NCBI GenBank assembly: GCA_002104905.1
Contig: MCFE01000003.1
Location: 124,001 to 188,000 of the forward strand
Direction: 5' to 3'
DNA length: 64,000 nucleotides
Origin: Basidiobolus meristosporus CBS 931.73
Lineage: Eukaryota > Fungi > Basidiobolomycota
The number at the start of each line of letters is the position of its first letter. Position 1 is the stretch's first letter. Made by a program: the position numbers and the translations under genes. Below the pieces are notes generated by a model that ran no database searches, was not told the origin of the DNA, and saw nothing but the letters and a program-made list of their open reading frames with translations. Of the stretch, positions 48,308-60,704 are shown one piece after another.

Positions 48308-49816
48308 ATGCTGGTGCAATCACCACAAACCATCCATCTACTTCCCCACCATTCCCAACCACAGCTGCAGCTGTATCCTGCCACTAGTTTGTTCGAAGAG
48401 AAGTATTCGTACCAGACCAACACTACTTGTCGCGACTTCAATGATCCACTAGAAAGACTCCCGTCGGAGATTCGAGTGCGCATTTTCAAGCTTTTGGATA
48501 TCCGAAACCTGGTGAAGTCCTCAAAGGTAGATTGTCCATCTCCACATCCTAGAGGTCCGCTTACTCATGGACATGTCCCTTCAGGTCTGTCGGAATTGGA
48601 AGAAAGTCGCCTTCGATGGTTCTCTCTGGGAGACTATCGATCTCACCCGCTATTACAAGCGCATTGCCAGCGAGCAGATCGTTAACCTTTGCTGTGCCGC
48701 GGGCGGTTTCCTTAAAACAGCTAATTTCAGGTTGGTGCGGGTGTGATGCACAGTGGCTCTCTAGAGAGTATGGCTAACGTATGGTGCTTGGAATCCTTTG
48801 TAGGGGATGTTCTCAACTCACTTCACAGGAGCTACGAGTCATATCAGACTATTGTTGCAACATCCAAATGGCTCATTTCCACGGCTGCCGCTCGATCAGC
48901 CGTGAGAGCATCTCGTATTTCATAGGCCAGTGTAGTGATCTACGGGTTTTGAATATCTCTGGATTATCCTGTGTCGATGACAGATTTCTGGAAATACTGG
49001 GCAAGCGCTGTGCCTCCTCGCTAAAGCAGGTTGATATCTCTAGGTGCCGAAATGCTACTTCGATGGGGCTTTTGGATATCATTCAGAGGTGCACACAACT
49101 AGACACCCTGCGAGTAGACGCTTGTGTTGGTGTGGATGATAGTACACTACTTTCTATCAGTAGACTGACGGGGATAAAAACCTTGTCACTGGGCTCTTGC
49201 TACGCAATCTCTGATGAAGGGGTGATTGCTGTCGCCAAGGGATGCACACAACTCAGCTCCATCAATCTATCCGGATGTCGGCATCTTACCAATGATGGGG
49301 TTCAAGCTCTGGGAGAGTTTTGCTCCCGTCTGGTAAACGTAGATCTCTCAGGATGCTCCCACCTGAGCGATGGTGGGCTTCTGGGACTCGTGGACAAGGT
49401 GCCCAAAACTGAGAAACATCGACCTAGAGGACTGCAGTTCGCTCACAGACATCACCCTCAGAGCCATCGCAACCCATCTATCCGACCTGGAAAGCTTATG
49501 CCTGAGCTGTTGCGAGCTTATCAGTGACAACGGAGTGATTGACGTCGTGAACAAGTGCAAGAGGTTGAGGAGCCTTCAGCTGGACAATTGCTTAAGCATC
49601 TCCGATAGCACCCTTCGGCATATTTATTTCAATTCCCCGGACAAGCTGCGCAATCTGGGTATTTACGATTGTACCAACATCACCTTTGCCTGTGTGAAGC
49701 AAGCCAAAAAGATGCTTCCACACATGACCATCAAGTCCAGTTACACTTGGCGCGAACGCCAACCCGATGGCCGCAGTCGCTCTCAGGGTAGCCAAGGTTC
49801 ATGTAGAATTCTGTAA
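48308..49816 (+). CDS. F-box/LRR protein, FBXL2/FBXL20-like, C-terminal CaaX (CRIL); apparent +1 frameshift at ~49397-49408
   Basis: F-box LPSEIRVRIF..VCRNW; introns 48527-48584 and 48731-48803; repeated Cys-containing LRRs (L..C..LTD) continue across the frame change. Confidence 0.85.
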
Positions 49817-50127
49817 GTTGATTCGCGCACGGCGGGCTAGAGAAGCAGAGCTTTTATCTCATTTAACTTCCTGGGTTTTATTTTCCTCATGTACAAACAA
49901 TCTCCAACCAGCAAATGATGATTAAACAAAACCAACCATTCCCCCAACTCAGTGTCAATGAAATACGGACGTGCAGTTAACTCCAGGTAGACCTTGCTCT
50001 ATGTACCCAGGTTTATTATTATCGATGTTTACTGTACAAAAGTATACTTGGTACGGGTAAAATGAAATGAGATCCCGTGGATTGGAAGGGTGGGATGTAG
50101 AAGAAACAGAAGTCCGTTTCACATCAT

Positions 50128-52917
50128 TCAAGAGATATTGACATTTCGGATGAAATCGATCAAGCACAATGAATAGTGAAGCAATCCTTCCACGCGCTCC
50201 CATTCCTGACGGTGCTCACCCAGAAGACGTTGAAGTACCGGAATGAATTCGGTAGGATTGTTCACGATGATGTCTCCGTGGATCTTCATGAACACGTTAA
50301 GGTATGCTTGAACAAGCTCGAAATCTTTACGTGATTTAAGTCTATTTTCCATTGCCTCTAGGAAATTGAGCATCTCGGCAAAATTGTTCTCTAAGCTCAG
50401 TGAGCGCAGCTCGAAATCAATCCCCGAGGGATTGAGGGTTTTGATGTATCCAAAGAACTCCTCGAACTCACCACCATTGTCATGACCTTGCTTCAACAAC
50501 CGAACAAATTCAGTCTCGGGGCGGATGACTCCCATCTGAACAACGCGAGATTGGGCCGCACCCTCATCTTGCTCCGGAGTAGGGGCGACAAACTTGGTTT
50601 CAACGCCCGGCAGGGTAGGAAGGAAGAAGGGGGCCTTTTCGGGGGCCTTGGGTGGCTCCTTGGGCTTGTTTCTCTTCTTGATAACATCCAAGTTAAGGAG
50701 GTTTTGCCATTTCGAGCGAGGCAACGAGGACATGGTGATCATGTTTTCGGTCAATTGCTCGGGGGTTTCAATTTCACGCTCCTTCAACCCGTCAGCGCCA
50801 CTCAAGTAGATGTCTTCATCATCCTCCTCGTCATCCATGCCTGAGGATGTAGGCATGGCAATAGCAACTGCATCGTCATCTGTAATGCTGCGCAATGAAA
50901 TGTTCGAGAATTGCATACGGTTGGCCCACAAGAAAATCCCGACGTTATCAACATGGGAGGTGGCCAGGAAGTCACCTGTGGGAGAGAAGGATAGACTTGT
51001 GACGATGTGCTCCACAGTGAACAAATCCACGAGGTGGCCAGTTGGAAGATCCCAGGTTCTCACACTGCCATCAAGAGATGCGGAAACAATCCAGCGGCCA
51101 TCGGGACTGAAAGCGATGTCGGTGATTCTGTTTCTGTGGCCCCAGAACTCTCTGACGATCTTTTGAGTGTCGACATCAACAACTCGAATGGACAAGTCAT
51201 CACACACTACGCCGACAAGGTCACTATCGTGATGAAGAACGACGCTAGTAATGGGAGCCTCAAGATCAATGGTATGAAGGACAGTGGCGGTCGTGAAATC
51301 CCAAATCTTGATCATCCCATCAAGAGCACCGGTAACAACAATGCGGTTCAAGGCATCGGTCGCAATGCCAGTAACCGCCTTGGTATGCCCGTCAGCGCCA
51401 GCAAAGGTCTTTCTGATCAGACCAGATTGCATATTGAACATCTCAATGCGACCGGTGATAGTGCCAAGGAACCCAAAGTTACCGCAAGCACTGATGGCTG
51501 CTACCTTGGTGTAGCTACCATCCGAGGTGCCAACCAAATGGTTTCCAATGGCCTTGCGCTGGAACGACCATGTGCGTGACTTGGTGTCGTTCATGTGACA
51601 GGTAAGGATATTGTCCCAGTCCTTTTCCTTTGTATTGGCAGCAGCGAAGTTGGTGATCTGTGGCAACTTCAACTCGTCGACCTTGAGGTTCAGCATCTTG
51701 GATTTCTTACTCAGAGAACCTTGGGACAACTCTACACTCTGGGAGTCACGGACGGTAGAGAAGGAGCGGAGGGATCTATCACGGGCGGCACTGAGCAGTG
51801 TTTTACCGTCCTGACCATAGTAACGAATCATGGTAGGTGGGCCGTGATGACCACTTCTTGATTTGAGGAGTCTTGGCAGACCGTCAAGGCTGTCGAAAAT
51901 CCATTGCTTTACAGAGTTGTCGGCGCCGGAGGAGACAAGAATGGGCTGGCCGTTCAGGAACTGAATCGATGGGATCAAACCATCGTGGGCTCCCTTCATC
52001 ACGTGGACAAGCTTTCTCTTGTCCAAGTCCCAAAGAGCAATATCACCGTACATGTTGGCTGTGGCCATGATATGCTGGTCGTCGGTTCTGAAACTAACTG
52101 AAGTGACCTTTCCCTCCTGCTTCAATGTCATAATCCGCTGGTCCTTTTTGATATTATGGAGCACAATTGTGCCATCCAACAAGCCTACTGCAATAACGTC
52201 GATGACCGGCGTTTGGGTGAGAGAGGTGATCGGAGAGCCGAACGACTTGAATTCATAGATCAGTTTAGCGGGTTCGGATGTTCCAGATCTGCATGGTTCC
52301 CTGCAAACTGGCCAAAAGCACCTTGTTCAAATAGGTACTTGGATGAACCATAGCGGAGATTTTGAAAATTGCGGGATCGAATTCGATTTCGGTATAAAGC
52401 TCACCGTTGTCGTGACGCCAGAGCTGGGCAAAGTTATCTTCGGTGAGGGCGATGAGATATTCTCCGAAAACTGAAAGAGAGAAAATAGCGCTACGTTCCT
52501 CGGAGCTAAATCTAATGGTCTCTTTCGATCTTTTGTATGCAATAATCTCATTGTCACAAGCAGCGTAGGTGTAGTCTCCGTGAGAAGTGATGGCAGTGAT
52601 GGTTTCTTCGGTTTGAGGACCTAAAAAGGTTAAAAGCCAAGTCGGAACGTGGTGAGCTTACGAAGGGAGGTGGTTAGCGAAGATGTGTACATACCGACGA
52701 AGAGCAAGTTCATTTTTGCCATATCGTAGATCTGGAAAGTTTTTCCAATGGAGGTGGTCAGGAAAAAGGCTTGGCCTCGCGATTGAATACAAAAAGGAAG
52801 ATCATTGGTGATATAACCAATGGCGCGGAAAGGTTGGAAAATGCGAGGAGCACCAGTAAGTTTGGGCTTCTTATCACCCGTCTTTCTTTTCTTCAAACTC
52901 AGATCAACTTGTGTCAT
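50128..52917 (-). CDS. UTP21: U3 snoRNA-associated WD40 protein Utp21/WDR36; apparent +1 frameshift at ~52270-52272
   Basis: RIFQPFRAIGY, HPSTYLNK, DNSVKQWIFD, KRNKPKEPPKAPEKAPFFLPT, C-terminal FELVQAYLNVF; one intron 52694-52621. Confidence 0.92.
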
Positions 52918-53222
52918 GGTTGAGACAAGAGGTGCTGTCAATGGCTGGCAATAGACAAAGCTCCACACCGGAATCCATCAGCATTAAACGTTTGAAAAAA
53001 AAATCTGATGAAAATTTCAAATTTCTTGAAGCTCGAAAAAAAAATGACAACAAACATGACTGCCTCACCCTATCTATTTATGGTCAAACAGTCGTCTTTA
53101 ACCACCTTTTTTTCAAATTCTTGATTTAACATGCAGGGTCAAGTTAATAGTGTTTATTCATTGATCATAGACATTATTGGACATTCAATATACACGAGAG
53201 TTTGCTATTTTTAGACACCCCT

Positions 53223-53684
53223 TTACCAGCCTTTGCTGAAGCCGATTCCCATAACGGCCAAGGCCAAGGTAAACTCCACCACCCCGAATGCTGCATCAAT
53301 GAGTCTGTGCACCACTACCATGTCCACCAACACCCACACCAATCCTACGGCAAAGTAGATCCAGACCAGAACCATGGAGCCATGGGTGAGTCCGAAGCCA
53401 AGCGTGCTCGCCACAATCATCCACAGCATGGTGATGAACACATTACGCGCCACCTTTTGTGCTCGCGTAACGTTGCTTCGAGTGCCATTAAATCGCCTTG
53501 GTTTCTCAGAGTTGGCCGCTGTGGCGGTGGTGGTTTCATCGTTGCCAATGAAGCCCAATCCATGGTCGGCAATGAGTAGCAATGCCCAGACGATCCAGAA
53601 GGTAAAGAGGGCGATGAAGGATCTGCGGACGTTGGAGTTGTCGGCAAAGATGAATGGGCTGGCGTTTGGATTAACTGCGTCCAT
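53223..53684 (-). CDS. Uncharacterised four-TM membrane protein, short subtype (A1, 153 aa)
   Basis: Intact intronless ORF with an upstream TATA-like box; four hydrophobic segments; member of the paralogue array. Confidence 0.85.
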   Translation of the reverse strand: MDAVNPNASPFIFADNSNVRRSFIALFTFWIVWALLLIADHGLGFIGNDETTTATAANSEKPRRFNGTRSNVTRAQKVARNVFITMLWMIVASTLGFGLTHGSMVLVWIYFAVGLVWVLVDMVVVHRLIDAAFGVVEFTLALAVMGIGFSKGW

Positions 53685-55261
53685 TATTGTGTTGCTTAGT
53701 CTTGTAGATAGATGTGTATGAGGTTAACCAAGTAATAGCTACCTATTTATATTAAACACCGTCAAGGTGTTAGTAATCAAAAGAAATCAGGCTGTTACTC
53801 ATCAAATCTCAGACAGACGTAAGGTTTACCATTCCAAGGTGTCAAAAGACGGAATTGGTAAAGTGATGGTTGAATGCACGAATAAGGAAGGTGAGCATCA
53901 AAGCGTAGGTCATCTTCTTAAGGTGCATATGCTCGTTCATACTAATCATATTGAGATCAAGCGGAGAGGAAGATCTTTCGATTCCGATTTGTGAATCAGT
54001 CGGTAAGAAACAATCCTGACTAATTCGATACTAGACATGTGCTCGCTTTTGTGGCGAGATTAATGAATAGATCGATGTGTTGTGTCACAGGGCTATGCTT
54101 GGGATTAATTGGTGAGCCCGGCACTCATACTTGGGACTCTGTGTTAGATTTGCAAAGTCAAAAGGATAGGGCTTGTGTCTGCCTCCAGGATCAGGAGGTT
54201 CAAGTTCCGATGAGTGATGTAATACATGTTCGATAATTAGTAATCCATGGTGTAGTATTATACCATATTCAAGTCTGTTCGTGACATTGCCGCTACGGAC
54301 AAACGAGTCCTAGAATAACCGCGGCATTAAGTTCCGTAAAGACCAGTATTTGAAAGAAACCAATTGGATTCCATTTTTTACTCAATGTTCACATTCGAGA
54401 AGCACGGATTCAAACCGCGTGGGTTGTAGGGCGAACGGAGTGGGGGAGTTTAAATTTTGCTCCGGAAATGCTGTAGAATAAAGCCATTATTACTAGGAAA
54501 ACGACAGCCAACTACTATCAGCAAATGGGGTTGAAATCGGAATATATTTCTATTAGCGCCATGACTGGGGAAGTCTCCTGACGCGAAGTGAAATCCTATT
54601 TGGTCAATAATCATCCACTAGAAGCCAAGGTTACAAACAAGCTCTTGATGGCTCTACTGAATCAGTGAATTCCCACAGTGTCATGTTTGATCTTCACGAA
54701 ACGACAGTCAATTTTAAGGTCATCCTTGTTGAGTCACACATTTCTGTCTAGTATATTGCGAGAAATACTTGTTTAAGGGGTTGAATAGAGTTTTCATCGA
54801 CTAGATGAATTTTTGCAGCTAGATGGGGTTTCCTCTCAGTAGCTCAACTCTTGATATCAGTGATTCATCAACGGCAATGCAAGGCAGAGATTTATTCGCA
54901 GCCCTTATCCCTACACTGGTTCCATTGATCAATTCAACCTGGAAATTAGTTCATCTCTCACTACCAATCTGGCAGTATGGAGTCACTTTCTTGTAATGCT
55001 GAGCGATCTACCTTTGCTGATCAAATGATATCATTACGAAGCATTTCTATCACCAAATGAGCATAGAGTCATTACAAGATAGCGCCTCTGAAACTGCTTC
55101 AAGTGTAAAAGCGTGAATCATCATGATTCAAAGATCCCTTCTAATTCAGGCGTCCAGTGGTTGGGTTAGCGAACTAAAAGACTATATAAAGGAGCCCGGG
55201 AATGGTACACGGTATATTACACCGTTAAGTATCTACTCAAGTTATTCATCCTTTTTTTAAA

Positions 55262-55801
55262 ATGGCATTCTGGGACGGATTCAACCTTTGGGGAAAGGAT
55301 CCAAAATATGTCCGCGACAGCTTCATTGCTCTCTGGGTCCTCTGGATTGTCTGGAGCCTCCTGCAGATTTGCAGGCACGTTGTTCACTGGAATGATCGCC
55401 ACTTTACCGAAACCTCTGCAACCGGACCTGCAATGCGCGAAAGAGTCGGCTCAACTGAGTCTACTCATCCAACTGTTGAAAGTCAAGCCGCAGCTCCGGC
55501 AACCACAACTACTGTTGCAGCTACACCGGGTCTATCTCCGTTCAGTGCTCGTGTTGCAAGAGCCGAAACACTGGCACGCAATCTGTTCATCACGTTCCTT
55601 TGGGTGTTGGTTGCCAGTGCCCTTGGTTACGGCATTACTCGCGGCGCAATGATTGTGGCCTGGTTGTACTTGGCATTCGCCATTGTGTGGATTGGAGTCG
55701 AATTCGGGGTGTCTCATCCGATCTCAAGGGCAGGCTTTGGTGTGGTTGAGTTTGCCTTTGCCTTAGCCATTATGAGCATTGCTTTCCACTTCGGGTGGTA
55801 G
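55262..55801 (+). CDS. Uncharacterised four-TM membrane protein, long subtype (B1, 179 aa)
   Basis: TATATAAA at 55183-55190; MAFWD start; ARNLFITFLW; ends FGW. Confidence 0.85.
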   Translation: MAFWDGFNLWGKDPKYVRDSFIALWVLWIVWSLLQICRHVVHWNDRHFTETSATGPAMRERVGSTESTHPTVESQAAAPATTTTVAATPGLSPFSARVARAETLARNLFITFLWVLVASALGYGITRGAMIVAWLYLAFAIVWIGVEFGVSHPISRAGFGVVEFAFALAIMSIAFHFGW

Positions 55802-56426
55802 TTCATTCCCTTTCAGCTAGTGAAACAAATATGTATAGGTATATAATACAGTGCTTAGTAACAATTGTAGTCTGTCAATAAAAGTGATATTCGACATTCA
55901 ATCAGGAATGATAGGATAATGAAAGGCCAAGTCGAACATCTAAGAAACATAGGTGTGCTGCAAAACCAAGTCATCGATTTCCAAAAATGACTCTCAAAGC
56001 CTGTTCCACATGCATTGCTAGTGTACGAGATAAATGGCTAACAAACCTAGGCCGGTGAAACCATGCTTACCAGTACTACTGCGGAGTGGCGGTGACACCC
56101 AAAAACTTTAAGATTTCGGAGTTGGTTCGGGTCATCGACAGTAATTTACCCAAGTTCACCGAGGCAATTCCAAATTTATCGATCACGGGTGGTGAGATAA
56201 TTGCTCACGAAGTTCCATTACTATATTAATCCACGTAGTTGTGATGCTCCTGTCATGGATTACTCAGCTTGGGGTTTTCAAATGATCGATGCTCCAAATC
56301 GAACCGCGGTAAGTCAACGATATGAATTTGTATCCGCATCGCCTTTACTTTTTCTTATAAATGTGGGCTTTTGCCTCCATGAGCAGCATTATTCGCCAGT
56401 AAGTTTACATATTTGAATCTTCTAAC

Positions 56427-56888
56427 ATGGACGCAGTTAATCCAAACGCCAGCCCATTCATCTTTGCCGACAACTCCAACGTCCGCAGATCCTTCATCGC
56501 CCTCTTTACCTTCTGGATCGTCTGGGCATTGCTACTCATTGCCGACCATGGATTGGGCTTCATTGGCAACGATGAAACCACCACCGCCACAGCGGCCAAC
56601 TCTGAGAAACCAAGGCGATTTAATGGCACTCGAAGCAACGTTACGCGAGCACAAAAGGTGGCGCGTAATGTGTTCATCACCATGCTGTGGATGATTGTGG
56701 CGAGCACGCTTGGCTTCGGACTCACCCATGGCTCCATGGTTCTGGTCTGGATCTACTTTGCCGTAGGATTGGTGTGGGTGTTGGTGGACATGGTAGTGGT
56801 GCACAGACTCATTGATGCAGCATTCGGGGTGGTGGAGTTTACCTTGGCCTTGGCCGTTATGGGAATCGGCTTCAGCAAGGGCTGGTAA
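56427..56888 (+). CDS. Four-TM protein, short subtype (A2, 153 aa; protein identical to A1)
   Basis: Inverted copy of 53223-53684 with one synonymous difference seen. Confidence 0.85.
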   Translation: MDAVNPNASPFIFADNSNVRRSFIALFTFWIVWALLLIADHGLGFIGNDETTTATAANSEKPRRFNGTRSNVTRAQKVARNVFITMLWMIVASTLGFGLTHGSMVLVWIYFAVGLVWVLVDMVVVHRLIDAAFGVVEFTLALAVMGIGFSKGW

Positions 56889-57414
56889 ATGTGTGTTCAT
56901 ATATGCCTTGCAATTGTAATTTGAAGATTAGCCCGTTTAAATGTAAATCTTTAAGCAAAGCGTCAATATATTGTCGTAAATAAACAATGTATAAATCCAG
57001 CTTGATTTTATGCTTGTATACTTATAACGACCAGTCTAAACACTTCGATATATCCCTGAGTAGAGCCTGATTATACGTAAAGATATATGTACATTCTACA
57101 AATATCGATCAAACCACCGTGCATTGTTATGTACGAGATACATAAATATGTCAATCACCAACATATTTATAGTAGTCATATAAGAAAGATAAAATCGACA
57201 CAACTTTCTTGAGACTGCATCTTTATACAATAAATTTTTCTATATAAATTATTAAACAACAAAATTCATCCAGTTTGCTCAAGAGCCTAGGCTGGATGTG
57301 AGAAAAGTGAACTTGTACAAGTAAAAAAAGGGTAGTGGTGCATGATATAGGGTGGTAAAATTTCCAACCCGGACACCAGTCGTGCAGTGGGTGGCTATGC
57401 CAATATTAAATTGA

Positions 57415-57894
57415 CTACCAACCTCTGCTGAAGCCTATGGACATCACAGTCAACGCCAGGCCAAATTCAATCAGCCCTAATGTCGCGTCAATGAGCCAAG
57501 TGTACTCGAAATGAATCAGTCCATTGGCAAGCACAAGGTCAACAAACACCCACACCACCCCAAATGAGAAGTAGATCCAGGTCAGAATCATGGAGCCGTG
57601 GGTGAGTCCCAGTCCCAGCGTGCTGGCCACCAGCATCCACAGCATAGTGATGAACACATTGCGTGCCACCTTCTGGGTGTGGCTGACACTGCAGTGCAAG
57701 CCTCGGAAATGCTTGGTGAGGGATGAGCCAGTGGCTGATGTTTGGTTGTTGCCGGTCGACTCAGATCCTTGGTCAGCGAGCAACAGCAGCGCCCAGATGA
57801 TCCAGAAGATGAAGAGTGCGATGAACGAGTCTCTGATGTTGCGGTTGTCTCCGAGATTGATTGACTCGAGTGCTAGTGTAGTGGTTGCCTTCAT
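57415..57894 (-). CDS. Four-TM protein, short subtype (C1, 159 aa)
   Basis: QKVARNVFITMLWM, GLTHGSM, ends GFSRGW. Confidence 0.85.
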   Translation of the reverse strand: MKATTTLALESINLGDNRNIRDSFIALFIFWIIWALLLLADQGSESTGNNQTSATGSSLTKHFRGLHCSVSHTQKVARNVFITMLWMLVASTLGLGLTHGSMILTWIYFSFGVVWVFVDLVLANGLIHFEYTWLIDATLGLIEFGLALTVMSIGFSRGW

Positions 57895-59200
57895 GGTGGA
57901 GTAGAGTAGGACAAAGCAATGTTTCAGTTGTAGTCTAGATGATTGTATGGATTGTACTATTCGATATGTTCCGAGTTACATCATTCTACTGGCCGTTTAT
58001 ATACGATGACATGCTGGTACTTCGTATCCACCCGGCGTTCAAATTGATCGAAGATACCGAGTTCAAGTAGCAGTCATTTTCACCGAGTGTATTTTGGGTA
58101 GCGGGGTGATGTTGAACCGAGTTGGCAGAATGTCAGGGTAAAGACATTGCCAGGCGCATTCACTCACAGCTAGCCTTATCCAATATTAGGATTGTTCGAT
58201 CCGTACCGAGTGGCTTACGATGTGATGAGATTAGCGATCTTCTACTCTTTCCGCATTTCCTCATTGTCTCATTGCCTTGTTAACTTCACTGATGGCCACA
58301 GGAGTCCAGTCACAATGGAGGTAGTGGCATATATGCTCATTGCAGTTCAAGGTAACTTCATCATAATACACGATTGGCACCCATTTACGTCCACCGTTCC
58401 ATGAAATAGGCAATGGTGACATCAACTACATGCAATATCCAGCTAATCGGTGATGAGCCATTATCTCCGTATGGAAGGTGGCTACTTTGGTAGCCGATCA
58501 TTTGTATCGTCACGCTAGCTTCCTCATGCGGAATCCGAGCCTATTTCCATCCTCATCCTGAGCGGGATTTTCGAGTCCGAAACCATTGACTAATGGTTAA
58601 ATCTTACTTCCTTGAACATATCCACATAAGTTAATGACTAAGACGATCCATTGATTGATACGTGAGCCTTCATTTCGAGAATGATCTAATATTTCCCTTG
58701 CAGTTGTGGCCGCGCTGAAAGACACCCGTCTATGTGAGATTACCCAAGAACACCGAGTCTGTCGTGTTATCTTACGGCATTTGGAGAAACCGATTTAATA
58801 TTTATTGCTCATCGTGATCGATCCAACACTCCAGGAAATTACTATACACTTCGTGTAAATCATAGAATCAACCTGATCACAGGAGCAACGCACACTATAT
58901 ACTCTGACTAGAGCGTCACAACAGCACACCACCACTACTTTAACCGCAGCTATCACTTCACAAGAGATCATGGCATTCTGGGATACCTTTGACCTTTGGA
59001 GCAAGGATGACTCCTACATTCGGGACTGCTACATCGCTCTGTGGACCTTTTGGATCATCTGGTCACTGCTTCTGTTGGCCAGATATTTCTTCGACTGGAA
59101 GGATCGTCACCTCGTTGCCGCCCCAGGCACCGTGCCGGAGATGCACGAGAGAGTAGGCTCTACGGACTCCACTCATCCAGCAGTGGAGAGTCAAGCCACG
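57415..59200. repeat. First copy of a segmental direct repeat (C-D divergent pair), ~4.81-kb period
   Basis: Colinear with 62223-64000; offsets 4808 (C) and 4815 (D). Confidence 0.9.
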
Positions 59201-59512
59201 TCACCCGGTGGTGCCTCCCCTGCTGCCACTTCTGAGCCTGCTCTATCACCGCTGGGGGCAAAGGTTGCTCGCGCCGAGTCACTATCACGCAATCTGTTCA
59301 TCACATTCCTTTGGATGTTGACAGCCAGCGCGCTAGGCTATGGCATCACTCGAGGCTCGATGATTGTTGCATGGCTCTACTTCTCGTTTGCAGTGGTGTG
59401 GATTGCAAGTGAGCTGAGCATCACGCATCCAGCGGCAAGAATCGGATTTGGACTCACAGAACTCGGACTAGCTTTGGCAGTCATGGGAATCGCCTTCAAC
59501 TTTGGATGGTGA
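58970..59512 (+). CDS. Four-TM protein, long subtype (D1, 180 aa)
   Basis: MAFWDTFDLW start, SRNLFITFLW, ends FGW. Confidence 0.85.
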   Translation: MAFWDTFDLWSKDDSYIRDCYIALWTFWIIWSLLLLARYFFDWKDRHLVAAPGTVPEMHERVGSTDSTHPAVESQATSPGGASPAATSEPALSPLGAKVARAESLSRNLFITFLWMLTASALGYGITRGSMIVAWLYFSFAVVWIASELSITHPAARIGFGLTELGLALAVMGIAFNFGW

Positions 59513-60146
59513 CTAACTCACTGTTAAAAGAACCATATTGTATATTTTAATATAATTTGATTTTCACAATCAGTTATTCAATGCTCAATGAATCTGTTGC
59601 TATCAACAAATCATCTATCGTGTTACGACTGTAAACCGTCAATATCGTTGACATTAATAAAATGGGGTTGTCAGGTCACAGAAAACGCATCATATTATTC
59701 TGTACACTTCATAATTTTGTAATTCTATAAGCTAGATAAGCTAATTTATAAGTTCACTAATAATATTAGAGAACGAATATGAATATTATACTAATAACTA
59801 ACACTGGAATATCAGCGTTAATCATAGTAATTAGCACCAACATTATATTATATTAGTATATCGTACTGCTTACTCACTGCCTCATTCTACCAATGCACAT
59901 TACACTCGTGAAATATAATTTGTCATATGCAATTTTTGCATTAGAATACCAACTAGCTCAATGATTTCCGGAAACCATTCAATAATCAGTTGATTTTTCG
60001 ATAATCTGCTTTGTTTATTTAAACTCTTCGTTGTGTTTCACATGGCTCGATTTGATTAATTTCTTACAATTGAAAATATTAAGCTATACATACTACGAAT
60101 GATACGTTATTGACCTTGGAGCTCTTCATGTGAAGCGCTGCCTCTT

Positions 60147-60704
60147 TTACCATCCGAACTTGAAGGCAATGCCCATGATGGCCAAGGCAAAGGCAAACTC
60201 GACCACGCCAAAGCCTGCTCTCGAGATTGGATGAGACACGGCAAATTCGACTCCAATCCACACAATGGCGAATGCAAAGTACAGCCAGGCCACGATCATT
60301 GAGCCTCGGGTGATGCCGTAACCAAGGGCACTGGCAACCAACACCCAAAGGAATGTGATGAACAGATTGCGTGCCAATGTCTCTGCCCTAGCCACACTTG
60401 CACCCAGACGGGTGAGGGTAGTGGTGTTGGCAGGAGCGGCTGTGGTGGCAGCGGTCGTGGCTGTAGCTGGTGGAGCAGTTTGACTCTCAACTGCCGGATG
60501 TGTAGACTCGGTAGAGTTGACTCTCTCGCGCATCGCTGGCCCGGTGGCCGGTGTCTCCATGAGGTGGCGATCGTTCCAAGCGAAGAGGTACTTGGCTAGC
60601 TGGAGCAGGCCCCAAACTATCCACAATGTCCAGAGGGCGATGAAGCTGTCGCGAACGTATTTTGGGTCCTTGCCCCAAAGATCGAATCCGTCCCAGAATG
60701 CCAT
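60147..60704 (-). CDS. Four-TM protein, long subtype (B2, 185 aa)
   Basis: Closest to B1; TATATAAA upstream at ~60823-60830. Confidence 0.85.
   Translation of the reverse strand: MAFWDGFDLWGKDPKYVRDSFIALWTLWIVWGLLQLAKYLFAWNDRHLMETPATGPAMRERVNSTESTHPAVESQTAPPATATTAATTAAPANTTTLTRLGASVARAETLARNLFITFLWVLVASALGYGITRGSMIVAWLYFAFAIVWIGVEFAVSHPISRAGFGVVEFAFALAIMGIAFKFGW

Noticed and set aside
50482-52353. Plus-strand ORFs overlapping UTP21 (similar ones overlap the GPCR and peroxiredoxin)
   Set aside because: Antisense shadows of GC-rich coding sequence with no recognisable motifs.
54406-54416. GGTTTGAATCC (minus strand) resembling a tRNA T-loop/B-box
   Set aside because: No acceptor stem, D-arm or anticodon arm could be folded around it.
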